Notes: generated from the sequence alone by a model not told the origin. A stretch of 59,936 nt of DNA, filler included, from Jimgerdemannia flammicorona (GCA_003990765.1; 2 parts of 2 records of this genome joined end to end with filler, not necessarily neighbours in it), one strand, 5' to 3'. Counted from the whole stretch's first letter, positions 24,484-37,356 are shown. A program made the numbers and translations.

Positions 24484-27400
24484 TTCCTCTCTCCTTAAGA
24501 ACCAATATCCTTATTGAGTTTTTAGATAATATAAGACTAGATATACTTAACCAAAATTTCTCAAACTTGTATCAGCATATTAGTGTAGATTGGTCATCCT
24601 TATATAGGGCAGAGGACCTATTACCAGACTAACTAACTGGGAGGAGTTCGAACTTAGCTAGTAGCTTCATTTCAGTGGACTTCTTATTTATTAAATATTC
24701 TGCTAGTTCTGGAGTCCCAAAGTAAACTTTTGATATATAAGGTACTGATTATTACCATAGATCATCAATAATCCAAGAAAGTCACTATAGGAATTAGGTA
24801 ATACATTTTATCTTGAAGTCTTGAACTAGATCTTGAGAGTTCTTGAGATTGACCAGTAGTTCTCAGATAGCATCATATTTACTACTTGACTAGATATTCA
24901 GGATAGTGGTAGTGGATTCATTTGTTAAGAATTTTTTCAGCTTTATACTCAATATGGTCTTCAATAATCACAGAGACAGAAGGCTTAGGAATTCAACCAG
25001 GGTATGGCAGTGACTAGTTCCAGGTCTTGAGATGTGATATATGAAAGACTGGGTGTACTCTCATAATTTCAGATAGCTTGAGGTGATAGGAGGATGCAGA
25101 GACTTATTTAGTAATCTCAAAAGGTCTAATATACTTGAGTTGGAATTTATTTGAAGGATAGTTGACTTGAGATTATATCTTGAGGTTCTTAGTAGACAGT
25201 AGGACTTGAACTCTAATAGTATAAGTGATATCATAGTATTTCTTATCAGTATACTTGGCTTGATGCTGTTGAGTCTTCCAGTAACAATCTTGAGTAGTTC
25301 ATCCATTTTGTCCATAAGGTTCTTAGTGGTTAAGACTTGTATTTGACTGCTTTTCTTGAAAGGGAATAGACTTGCAGGGATCTTGGGATCTTAACCATAG
25401 AGTAACTGGAAAGGAAAAGACCAGTAGATAATTGGACAGCATTATTGTATATAAACTCTACATAAGTCAGATAGTGGTCCCAATTATCTTGCTTATAAGA
25501 AACATAGTTTCTAAGCATTTATTCTAGAGTTCTGTTCATATGCTCAGTTTGTCCATTAGTTTGTGGGTGAAAGACAGTAGATATAGCCAATTGGATTTCC
25601 AGGATCTTGAAGAGAGTTTGCCAGAAGTAACTGGTGAACTTTGAATCATAATTACTAATAATTACTCATGGTAGGCCATAGTGATAGAAGATGAACTTGA
25701 AGAAGATTCTTACAATCTTAGATACAGTAGTATTGGTAATAGTTAGTTCAGCAACCATAGTCTTGGTCAGGTGGTCAATAAATATGATGATGGCATCAAT
25801 ACCAGATTGAGTTTGTAGTAGTTGAGTTATAAAGTCCATGGTAACTTGTTTGAATTTCTTGATGAGAATTGGCAATAGTTGTAGCAAACCAACTGATGCT
25901 TAGTTGATAGACTTATTGTGCTGATATAGATCACAACTAGCAATATAGTTCTTGATTTCCTTGACCATGCTTAGTCAATAGTAGTAGTATTAGATGTTCT
26001 TGACAGTCTTCTCACTTCTCAGGTAATTAGCAAGAGGGGAGTCATAGTGTTCTTATAAAACCTTATAGTGTAGGTTCATATTTTCAGATAGGTAGACTTG
26101 ATTTTAATGATAGATCAGATTGTTCTTAATAGTATATATATCCTTAATCTCATTTGAGAAAACTCTAGTGGTAACTGTGTCTTCTTTGTAAGCTTGCCTG
26201 ATTTAGTCTAGGAATTCTGATACCAAGGTGACCTATATAATTGTGGCAAGATCTGGGTATCTTGATAGGGTATCTGGTACTATCAGTGTCTTGCCAGGCT
26301 TATAGATGATCATTGGGTTGAAGGTTTGAAACTTGAGGCTCTACTTGACTTATAGATATAACAGGGTAGGTTGGATGTTAATATACTTAAGAGATTGATG
26401 ATTGGTAATGACATCAAATATAATACCTTCTAGATAGTATTATCAGTAGTCTAGTGTATATATTATTGCCAGTAGTTCCTTCTCATGAGTGGCTAGCTTT
26501 TGTTCAGCTGGGGCTAACTTGCAGGACTTGAAAGTAATAAAATAATGTCCTTTATCATCATCTTGTGACAGAACTACTCCAATGGTAAAATTCAATACAT
26601 CAGTAGTGACTGTGAATTTTAGGCCTTGATCTGCATTATGTAGGACTGGAGCATGGGTTAGGCAGTTCTTGAGTTCTTGAAAGGCTTGTTGACAGAAGAG
26701 ATCTCAGGTGTAGGATATATAGTAGTCTGAGTGCAGGGCCTTTCTCATGAGATTAGTCAGTGGCTCGACAATACTAGAGAAGTTTCTGACAAAGTAGTAG
26801 TAGTAGCTAGCTGGACCAAGGAAGAATTAGAGTTCTGTGAGATTTGATAGAATGAGCCATTCTTCAATTACTTCTATCTTGTATAGGTCTACTTAAATTC
26901 CTTATACAGAGATAATATGGCCAAGATATTTAACTTATTCCATGAATAATTCACACTTCTTGAGCTTAGTATAAAGCTTATATTTTTGCAGGATCTCTAG
27001 GACTATTCAAATATATTTGAGGTATTATTCTTTAGTTATACTAAAGATCAGGATATCATCAAGATATACCAATAGGAAAATAAATGGTTAGTTCTTGAAT
27101 ATCTTATTCATCAGAGTCTGGAATGTGACAGATGTATTAGTAAGACCAAATGCTAAGACCAGGAATTTGTAGAGTCTAAAGAGAGTTATGAATACAGTTT
27201 TGGAAATATCTTCTAACTTGATTCCAATCTGATGATATCCTGACATGAGGTCTAACTTGGTGAAGTACTTGGCATTCTTGAGAGTATTAAATATTTGATC
27301 AATCAAGAGTAGCAGATAGCTATTCTTGACAGTGAGTTTGTTGAGTACACAGTAGTCTATATATATTTGTAGGATACCATTCTTCTTCTTGATGAATAAG

Positions 27401-28167
27401 ACTAGTGAGCTATAAGAAGATTTGCTTGGCTGAATGGCTTCTCATATAAGTAGTTCTTTTAGTTCTTTCTTAACTATTTCAATTTCAAGTAGCAATATGT
27501 GGTATATATATTTCTTAAGTGGTACAACTCCTGGGGACAGTTTGATTTTATGACTAACTTCTCATATAGGTGGTAGACCAGATAGCTTGTCTGGAAAGAC
27601 ATTTTTAAATTCTTCTAGCAGTAACTTGACACTTTCATTGACTGATAGTCTCTTGTTTTGTTTCTTGAAATAGACTATTACAATAAAGGTATATATTGTC
27701 TTCTTGAGTACTCTCTTATACTATATAGCTGACAGTATTACAATCTGGGTCTTGCTCATAGTCTTGTCTGTCTTAATAGTGATATTGGCTCCATCTTGAA
27801 GTAGGGTGACTTCATTCTTATACCAATTAATGTCTGAGTTGTGTTTTGTAAACCAGAGTTTTCCTAAGATCAGATTATGATCTCCTAGTGGTATAATCTT
27901 AAAGTCTACTCATTCCCAATATTTCTAGATCTTGATGGGTAGTTTGGTGGTAATTGACTCAATGGGGTACAGAGTACCATCTGCAGTAACTATACTATTG
28001 TTCTTGGGTACAGGCTTAGTAAGGATCTTGAGGCTTTTGATGAGATTCTGATTGATGAAGTTCTCTGTAGCTCCACTGTCTATAAGTACTTGAACTTCTT
28101 TTCCTTTGACTAGGCCTTTGAAAATGAGCATAGCTTGAGCTCAATTTTCACTAAGACTTACTGCTTG

Positions 28168-28578
28168 ATCAGTGCTACCAAAATCTTTTTGATCTTATTT
28201 AGTTTCGGAGAGTTCTTGGACTTCTGTAATCTCGAGTTGACTGGCTTTTTCTAGGATTATTTGCATGACTTGGTCTCCTTTCTTGACTATATAGTTTTGA
28301 TCCTTCTGGTTGATAAGTAGAACTTGAACTTGTCCTTGAAAGTTTTGATCAATGATACTAGTACCTACATCTAAATGATGTTTGATACTGAGTCCTGATC
28401 ATAGTACAATTCTGACATAATATTCTTTAGGACATTGAACTACAATTCCAGTAAGCACCAGAGTTCAGTCTTTGGCTGGAATAGTAACTTGTTTGACTGA
28501 GTGTAGGTCAAGACCAATGACTCCATCAGTTTGATATTAGGGAATCTGGGTCTTCAGATGAAGCTTCTTGACCTTGAG
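28168..28578 (-). pseudogene. dut: dUTPase domain within the Gypsy polyprotein, between the Gag zinc knuckle and the protease
   Basis: Translation LKVKKLH...IP*YQTDGVIGLDLHS...L*SGLSIK...IIDQNFQGQVQVLLIN...KKGDQVMQII...ETK*DQKDFGSTD shows all five trimeric dUTPase motifs in decayed form. Same frame as the gag ORF (28537-28905) and protease ORF (27925-28131). Confidence 0.93.
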
Positions 28579-29646
28579 CTCAGATTTATTAGTGATGGGG
28601 TTGATAGATGTATCCTTGGACAATATAGTGACTGGTCTTGAGGGTTTGCTATTCTTCTTAAGATATTTGGTTGCAATATATCCTATTTGATAATAGAAGA
28701 AATAGACTCCAGATTTCTTCAGACAGTTCTTTTCTTCAGAGATAAGCTTGGTGTTCTTTTTATTCATAGTGTCTAAGTCCATTGATGCTGGGCCAACTGT
28801 CCTTGGTTGGTTCTTATAGTAGTTCTCAAAGTGGTTCTTCTTGTGGTGTTCTGGTTTGAAGTAATTACTAAAGGTGATGACATTAAACCTATTGGCAATT
28901 CTCATAGCTTCATCAAGATTTTTGAGCTCTTCTAGCTTGATCTTGACTCATATGTTTCCCTTAAGACCTTGGATATAGCAGTCTATCTTTTCATCCTCAG
29001 ATATCACTAATAGCTCAAGTAGAATTAACAAGAATTATACATTATAGCTTTGTATAGACTTAAGTTGCTTGATGTTTACTAACTTGTCTCTGACTAGTTT
29101 GGTAGTATTAGCAGACTTGAACTACTTGTGAAGGGCTCTCTTGAAGACTTCCCAGTCTCTGATTCATACATATAAGTATACTAAGATAACTATAATATAA
29201 TTATATTATCAGATAGCTGCATTTCCTTAGAGAAGTATAGCAGTGAATTGGACTTGCATATTATTTTCCATTCTTATAAGCTTGAAGTATTGGTCCAACT
29301 GGAAGGTCCATGCATCTGTAGATAGTTCTCCTTGATAGCTGTTGAAGGTATCTGGCTTAAGTGGCTTAAAACTGACTAGTGCTATAGTAGAATGTGATAT
29401 ACCCACAGTTTGTGTTTTCTGCTATTCTAGTTGTACTTAAAGTTCTTGGATTTGGTAGACCATAGCATTGATCATATCCTCTATACTGAGTTACTATCCT
29501 TCTGCTTCTTCTGTAGCAAAGGGGTCTGGCTAGTAGACTAACTCTTTATGGCTCATTTCAGGTTTGTGTAACTATTTGTGACTGGTTTCTAAATTCATAT
29601 GAGATTTCTTAATAAGGTAAGATATAATGACACTGTTACTACCAAG

Positions 29647-29901
29647 TGTAATGGTTCTAGTTTCTTTAAGAGAAAGTAGCTAAATCTGGAAGTTCTAGTT
29701 AGTCTAAAGTAGCTTGAAGAGATACTTAAAGATTCAAGTATTCTTGAAGAATTTCTGGGAGAAAATATTCTGAGCTTTATTCAGGTAGAGAACAAGGATA
29801 TTTATACATGATCTGAAAGAAAGATCTAGAAGGATCTTGGAAAGAAAGAGAAATGCCAAGAAATAGATTCTTGGCAAAACTGATTAATACTATTCTATAA
29901 T
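29647..29901 (-). repeat. 5' LTR (partial, runs into a T tract and the gap)
   Basis: Matches 24020-24275, with differences that are mostly transitions. Confidence 0.92.
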
Positions 29902-29929
29902 GTTTTTTTTTTTTTTTTTTTTTTTTTTT

Positions 29930-30029
29930 NNNNNNNNNNNNNNNNNNNNNNNNNNNNNNNNNNNNNNNNNNNNTTAATTAATTAANNNNNNNNNNNNNNN
30001 NNNNNNNNNNNNNNNNNNNNNNNNNNNNN
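29930..30029. other. Assembly gap with artificial six-frame-stop linker
   Basis: 100 positions of N with TTAATTAATTAA at 29974-29985. Confidence 0.97.
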
Positions 30030-30240
30030 TTTTATCTCGGTATGTGCTGTTGAACTATATGCTGATTTTTTAAAAAAAAAAATCCGCACATGCTTCTTCA
30101 ACACAACCCACACATTTCCGCAGGAATACGATCGTACGTTTTATTATCATTCTTAGTTTTCTTCGTTTTCTTCTTTTTATTTTTCCCCCACATCTCATCT
30201 TACCCGCCCCCCTACCCACCTACCCTTTTCTCACGCACAG

Positions 30241-30601
30241 ACGACTCTAATTTCGACATGAACTCGATTCTAGACAACGATGACCCAACATCATTTCTGA
30301 ACAGCAACGTGAACCACGAGGGTACGCGATTCCGGGATAACAACGGCCGCTGGCAACCCATACACACATCGGCGGAATCCTGGTCGCCGCCCGAAAGCTG
30401 GGCAGTCCAACCAGCACCCCATTCCGGCATCACGATGTCGCTTCAGCACGAACGCGAAAGGCACGTCAAGGACAGAGCGGACGGCGCCAGCGAGTACATG
30501 GAGAAGGAAGAGGAGGATGACTTTAGGGAGGAGGAGAAGCTCACAGATTATAGGAGGACGGTAAGTGCGGTTAGTTATCGCCAATCAACCCCCCCCCCCC
30601 C

Positions 30602-30633
<32 letters not shown>

Positions 30634-30641
30634 GGGGGGGG

Positions 30642-30674
<33 letters not shown>

Positions 30675-33600
30675 TATGCGTGGATGGCAGAGGAGAATTA
30701 TATGGGTGGAATTAGGGTGGGATGGAAACTCAAAAGAAGAGACACCTAACGGCATAGAATTCAATTTGGAGGTGGCTTAGATCGATAAAGAAATGGAATT
30801 CAGGGATATGGGCTAAACTATATCACACCCTCCTAAAAATATCAAACACTTGGAACGGCGCCCTGCTCTCATATCACATACATATATAGTTCACGATCCG
30901 TATCTGGCGCGCCGACCGCACCTTCGCGACTTTACCCTGTCCGCCCAACACCCCGACTTATGAGCTGGTGCAGAGCCTGGGCCGCAAGTTCTTCATCAGC
31001 GATCTGACAAAGTATAATCTGTATGTCAAGAGGCAGAAACTGGGTATGTATACATGAAGATGATCCAGAGGAAGGGGAGGGTGGTCAGTATTGTGATGTT
31101 TATGGTAGGAAATGAGATTTTCAAAGAACGGGTACCCTAGGGTGTTGACATTCGGATGGGTGTGTTGCGGCGTGGGGGAAATAGGGGTGGCTGGAATGTT
31201 GGGTTTAGGGAATGATGTTTGAGCGTGGATTGTAAGCTTTCATTGTATTTGGAGTACGATTAGGCGGTCCGTTTCCCACTCAGTCGTGTATTATAAGGTT
31301 ATTAATCCCAATATTCTTATTTTTACGCCCGTGATCCAGAGCGGATACTAAGACCTGATGAACGGCCGCTTCAGATCCAAAAGCAACTGTTGGAGTACAT
31401 GGGTTACACGGACCAAGACAAGCTCGAAGACCTAGGCCGTGAAGATAATTCATACCTTGTTTCTTTCGAGTTTGCGCAAGCTGGGACCCCAAGCATTCCA
31501 GCCGAGGAGGAATACGAGTTCGGCAACTTCAAGAACGTGGACCTCAAGGCGCGCAACCTCTCCACCATCCCGATCTTCCTGTATCGTAAAGCCTTCGCGA
31601 TCATGTCCCTCGATGTCTCTAAGAACCTCATGATCCAGTTGCCAATCGACTTCATCCAGATGTGCACACAGCTGCGCGAGCTATGCCTATCAAACACCGA
31701 GCTCACCGCGCTTCCACCATCCATCTCCTATATCGAAACACTCGAGCATCTAGACATTTCATGCAATCGTCTGCGCGACCTGGAGCACGCAAAGCTCGAC
31801 AAAGTGCGGAACCTCGGCAGCCTGTACGCGTACAACAACCGTCTTGAGACACTCCCAGACGGGTTCGCACGCTTCACCAGGATGACCAAGCTCCACATCT
31901 CCAACAACTCCTTCTTGACCTTCCCGACCGCCATTTGTGACATCATCTCCCTCGTCGAACTTGACGTTTCCTTCAACAAGATCTCCTGCCTACCTGAGAA
32001 CATTGGCCAGCTAGTTCACTTGAACTGCTTCCTCGCCGTCGCCAACCAGCTGACCGGCCTCCTCCCGCAGAGCTTCGCCAACCTTGTCAGCCTGCATGAG
32101 CTCGACATCCGCCAGAACGGCGTTACCGACCTCGAGGTCCTGAGCAAGCTTCCGGCTCTCGAGAGCCTCAGCGTCGACTACAACGCCGTCAGCAACGTCG
32201 CCAGCGAGTTCAAGTCCCTGAAGCTGCTGAGGATGATGAAGAACGGTTTAACACAATTCGACCTGAGGCCGCCGCCGCCGCCGCTCATCTTGGACCCGCC
32301 GCCGCCCACCTCGGACACGCCGCCGCCCATCCCGGAACCGCTCTTACCCCCGAGCAGTAGTATGCTCACCGATCTCAACATCGCTTCGTGCCAGCTCTCT
32401 GCCCTTCCCGAAGAGGTCTTCGTCAACTCCACGGCCCTTGAACAGCTGGTGCTAGATAATAATTTCCTCACCACGATCCCCCAATCCATCGGTTTCCTGC
32501 AGAGACTCCTCCGCCTCTCCGCCCAGAGCAATTCCCTCCAGAACATCCCGGTTGAAATTGCCAAACTCACCGAGCTCAAGACTCTCGACCTGCAGAAGAA
32601 TAACCTCAAAACCCTCCCAAAGGAGATCTGGCTCTGCCCCTCCTTGCAGACTCTCAACTGCTCCTCCAACCTTCTCGAAAGCTTCCCCAATCCGCTTTCC
32701 GCTCCCGGCGTCGCCCTCAATGTCGCCCTTGGTTCTACCGCGGACGTCATCGTCACCCCCAACGTCGCCGCCAATGCCGCCGCCGCCGCTGGCAATATCA
32801 ACGGCCCGTCCCTCGGCACCAACGCAGGGCAGGGCGTCGTCCCCATGATGACGCCGGTCTCAGCCCCTTCGCAGCAAGACCGCAATCACCTGTCCCCGTC
32901 GGGCAACCTGGCCAACTCCGTGGGCTCCCCTCCAAACTTTAACCCGCCCTCATTCTTCGCCAGCCCGCGCAACCACCCGCCACCACTCTCACTCTCGCTC
33001 AAGCATCTGTTCCTCGGCGACAATCGGTTGACAGACGACGTCTTCTCCCCTCTGAGCCTGTTTTCCGAGCTGCGCACCCTTAACCTGGCATTCAACGACC
33101 TGTTCGAGATCCCCCCCGACGGCCTGTGTCATCGGCATCTGTACGAGCTTTACTTGTCCGGTAACCAGCTCGCCAGTTTGCCGGCCGACGATATCGAGAA
33201 GCTGGGCTTCATGCGCGTGCTGCACGTCAACGGGAATAAGCTGCAGACTTTGCCAGCTGAGTTAGGCAAGCTGAGGAAGTTGTTGGTGTTGGATGTCGGG
33301 AGTAATGTGCTGAAGTATAATATCGCGAATTGGCCGTACGATTGGAATTGGTGAGTACGTTAAACGGTTATGGTTAAGACTGTTTGAATAGGTAATGATG
33401 GCAAAAATGTAATTGTGATTTTTACATTATCCATCTTTGATATAGGAATTGGAATCTGGGTCTCAAGTATCTCAATTTATCTGGTAACAAGCGACTTGAG
33501 ATCAAGGTTAGCCACGCTGAGGGGAACAACCCGCGCGACAGGGATCTGTCAAATTTCTCGGCGCTGACACGTTTGCTTGTCCTTGGCTTGATGGACGTCA

Positions 33601-35965
33601 CCATCATGGTCTCCGTCCCGGAGGAGTCGCACGATCGCCGCGTTCGCACCTCACCCTCCGAGGTGAACACGATGGCATATGGTATGGCTGACTGGCTCGG
33701 CCCCAACGACCACCTAACCACGTGGGACTTGGTCGTGCCCCGGTTCCGCTCGCGGGACGACGAATCTTTGTTCGGCCTTTTCGATGGCCGCAAGAACCCC
33801 TCCGCGGGATGCAAGGTCACCAAGTTCCTGTTCGATTCATTCACGAAGTTCTTCAGTGATGAGCTCAAGAAACTCAAGAACGACGATACCATCGTCTCCG
33901 CGCTCCGTCGCACCTTCTTGAGCTTGGAGAAGGAGCTCGGCAGTCAGGCCCTGGACGATAAAGACTCCGGCGCCTCGGCCGTCGTCTGTTACATCTCTGG
34001 TACAAAGCTCTACGTAGCCAACGTCGGCGATGCCCTGGCCGTCGTCTCTCGCAGCGGTGGTCAAGCCACGGAGATCTCCCAGAAGCACATCCCGCTCAAC
34101 CCGAGTGAGGTCTCGCGCATTCGCACAGCCGGTGGCTTCGTCTCCAACACGGGTTTGCTAAACGGCGAGCTTCCTGTCTCCCGGTCCTTTGGTCATTTCC
34201 ATCTCCTGCCGGTCGTCAACGCCAACCCGTATATCTCCACCATCGAGTTGTCCGAGCAGGACGAGTTCGTCATTTTAGCTTCCAAGGGTTTGTGGGAACG
34301 CATGTCATACCAAACTGCCGTGGACATTGCGAGGACGGAGCGCGAGGACCTGATGTTGGCGGCGCAGAAGTTGAGAGATTTCGCCATTACGTATGGCGCA
34401 GAGGAGAGCTTGATGGTCATGTGTATTGGGGTCGGGGATCTGTTCGATAGGAGAGATAGAAAGTTCAGAACTGGTAGAGGAGGAAGCGCGAGCGGCCGTG
34501 GTGTGCTCAATAATGAAATAGGGATGGATGAGACGAGCCTTGGGATGACTTTAGGTGTTAAGCCCAAGGACAGGACGAGGAAGAAGGACTTGCCAGGAGA
34601 TTCGGTAAGGAAATTTTAATCATTTACGACTTGCACATTTTGGGACGGATGGGAGAAGGTACATTTTCTAATGCCGATACGATACTTCCAATTTTTGTGG
34701 TTTAGATATTGGCTAGATTGGAGCGAGAGATTGCAGCTCCTTTGGGTCAAGTTGCCCTCTGCTTCACTGACATCAAGAACTCCACATTCCTCTGGGAGAC
34801 TCAATATATTGCGATGCGGCCAGCAATGAAGGCGCATAATTCTATCATGCGTCGACTACTGCGTCGCTGTAGCGGTTACGAGGTAAAGACGGAAGGAGAC
34901 GCCTTTATGGTGTGTTTTTCATCTGTCACCTCCGCGCTACTCTGGTGCTTCTACGTGCAGATGGAGTTGCTGCAAGTCGACTGGCCCCAACAAATTCTCG
35001 ATTCTGAAGACGGTCGCGAGATCACCGCTCCCGACCATCCCGACACCGTCATCTTCCGTGGGCTCTCTGTCCGTATGGGCATCCATTGGGGCCGGCCTGT
35101 GTGCGAGGTGGACCCGGTGACGAACCGCATGGATTACTTCGGCCCCATCGTGAATCGTGCGAGCCGTATTTGTTCCGTGGCAGATGGCGGTCAGATCTGT
35201 ATATCGTCTGACGTGGTCCAGGCGCTGGGTACTCTCGACTCGAACAACTTGTCTGGCGGGATGGTGGAGGATGCGGGCGGAAGAACCACACGGAAGACGA
35301 TGGAGCTCAAGAAAATCGGGTTCACGGTGGTGGAGATCGGCGACCGGAAGCTCAAGGGGCTCGAGACGCCCGAGACCCTCTCCCTCATCTATCCCAAGGC
35401 GTTGGTCGGTCGTATCGAGCACGACAAGCTGAAGTCGCAGCCCGCTACGACGGTGACGGTGCCAAGCTCGGTTAAGGAGAAACAGCCGGATGATGGCGAG
35501 GGGTTGGTGGCACAAAATCTGGATCCGGAGTTGATACGGAGGCTCGGGTATATATGCTTGCGGTTGGAGCGGGTCTCCTCCGGAAATGTATACCCGCGGG
35601 GTGTGGGGGGGAGCCGGGCGTCGAGAGCAGATCCTATGAACGGCTTATTGACCTTCCATGTGAAGGACAACGCCGAAGATGAAGAGTTGTTAAGGATTAT
35701 GGATCATTTGGTCACAAGGATAGAGGTACGTCCCTCTCCAATTCATTTGTGATTTGGGTTGTGCAATGTTTTTTGCTGCAGGGCTGGTGACTGACTATCC
35801 TTTCTCGTCACACAGAACGCTGCCAATACGCTCTACCTCCGCAAGTATGGACACTTCGCCAAGGTTCTTGAGCAACTTAGTAATGCGATTTCGCTCGATC
35901 AGACGCATCTCATCCGCGCGTTGCAGATGTACGCGCAGGTAATGAGTAAGTCTCAGCGTGCGTAG
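30241..35965 (+). CDS. CYR1: Fungal adenylate cyclase (RA domain, LRRs, PP2C-like domain, class III cyclase domain), 5'-incomplete. Exons 30241-30560, 30890-31043, 31340-33350, 33446-34604, 34706-35725, 35816-35965
   Basis: GT-AG introns with consistent phases join WSPPESWAV, the RA domain (FTIRIWRADRTFATL...ERPLQIQKQLL), multiple LRRs, LKYNIANWPYDWNWNWN, PP2C motifs (LFGLFDG, YVANVGD) and cyclase motifs (FTDIKNST, GYEVKTEGDAFM, RMGIHWG, MDYFGPIVNRASRI). Stop TAG at 35963-35965. Confidence 0.97.
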
Positions 35966-37356
35966 TTGACGTCTCTTCGGCCGTGTTATGGATTGCGGAT
36001 ATGACAAGACAACGATTGGCGAAACCCATGAATGCAACATTCAATACTCAGAAGCAGTGTCAGTTCGTTGATTTAGCTCTCTGGGATTGAGGGATCTCAT
36101 TAATTTTCCAGGCGCTCCCAGTCATTCAAACTTATTTAAGGACTATTTTCGCTTCAGGCATCCTGCTCAATGTTCACTCACGTCGTTTGTACATTTAAAG
36201 TGTATTTTTGTGTGTGTTGCTTCCCCATTACTATTACCATTATTATTCATCGTTTTCTTGTTTCAATGTTCATTTGCTCTTTTCACCATTTATACTTGAT
36301 CAACGACCGATAGTATATGTTCAAGCCAAGGTGTTAATCGTGCATATTGCTCGTTTATCCTTAAACGTTTGAATTTGAATACCATTGCTGTGTCAATTGA
36401 ACCCCATGTGATCATACGTGACTGGGTGAGGTTTGTTCATTGTCGCGATACGACCTAATATTAGTTTTAATGGCTGCTACAGCCATGCTTCCTCTTCGCG
36501 TGAAACCCAAACCCAAGCAAGCACACCCCCATAAAGAGCACCACCTTGATCGGAAATAATTCTCAAGGACGCGTTGTTTGATGACGTAACGTGATAACGT
36601 CACGTGCTTTAAACGTCACCCGTTTTTGTGCGAAGCACGTTGTCACCTCTTTTTTTGACGAGCGAGACCTTAAGGGAACATTGGTTTGAGGCAGGGAAAC
36701 GCAAATACGCAAGTAAAAAAAAAAAAAAAAAAAAACTTTATTTTCAAAGCTTGCATCTTGGCAATATGTCTGTACAATTAAGTTTGAGACAACGCGCAAT
36801 TCGGAGTTTGATCATTCCGAGCGCCGGTGGAAAGCTCCAACACCCTTTATCCCCAATCAACCAGCCAGTCGGGGTGCTCTCCCTGGAGTTGGATAAAGAG
36901 CATTTATTTTTCAGATGATCTATTCGACTGCAGGAGCGGCTTGTATGCCCGGGGAGGTTGATCGGTCGTCTGGTCGGCACCACGTCTGCTTTTGTTGAGT
37001 ACAACATGCTGCAAGGGTGTGGTATGGCTTGCATACGAATCGAGGTTTCTGGAAGGAACGTTGTTATCTATATCAAGAAAATCGAATGGTTCCTATTTAC
37101 TGTGCCATAGATGCTGGGCAAAGTGAGTCATAATGCAAATACAAAGGGGAGATAATTACATGACAAGGAAATGAGAACAAAGGAAAAATAAAAAATAAAA
37201 AATAAAAATATTTATTCACATACCTCGGAACCGAGATATGATTTCGTGGCTGGCTTGGTTGTCGAAGCGGCCAATTTATGTGGCTACCATCTTCGACAGA
37301 CCGGATATATGAAAAATAATAATAGATTATTATTGTAATTGCTAGTAAATAACAAT

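Larger units (their letters stand above)
24020..29901 (-). mobile_element. Ty3/Gypsy chromovirus-like LTR retrotransposon (gag-dUTPase-PR-RT-RH-IN-chromodomain), inactivated by many stops; 5' LTR cut by the gap
   Basis: 3' LTR at 24020-24483, preceded on the minus strand by PPT AAGGAGAGAGGAA (24484-24496). Partial 5' LTR at 29647-29901. PBS-like TGGTAGTA at 29637-29644. Motifs: LIDSGA (~28070-28087), YFTKLDLMSGYHQI, VYLDDI (~27052-27069), integrase TMDFIT and HPQTNGQTE (~25545-25570), chromodomain EYKAEK..EYLVK..DAI*E..NLKNSQ (~24810-24955). Confidence 0.95.

Noticed and set aside
24500..24800. Possible extra domain (methyltransferase or second chromodomain) after the Gypsy chromodomain
   Set aside because: Translation in the pol frame gave no convincing motif; treated as 3' untranslated region.
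30090..30780. 219-aa and 71-aa ORFs with poly-K and poly-F
   Set aside because: Read-through of cyclase exon 30241-30560 into intronic homopolymers.
31404..35670. Numerous antisense and alternate-frame ORFs
   Set aside because: Shadows of the GC3-rich adenylate cyclase coding sequence.
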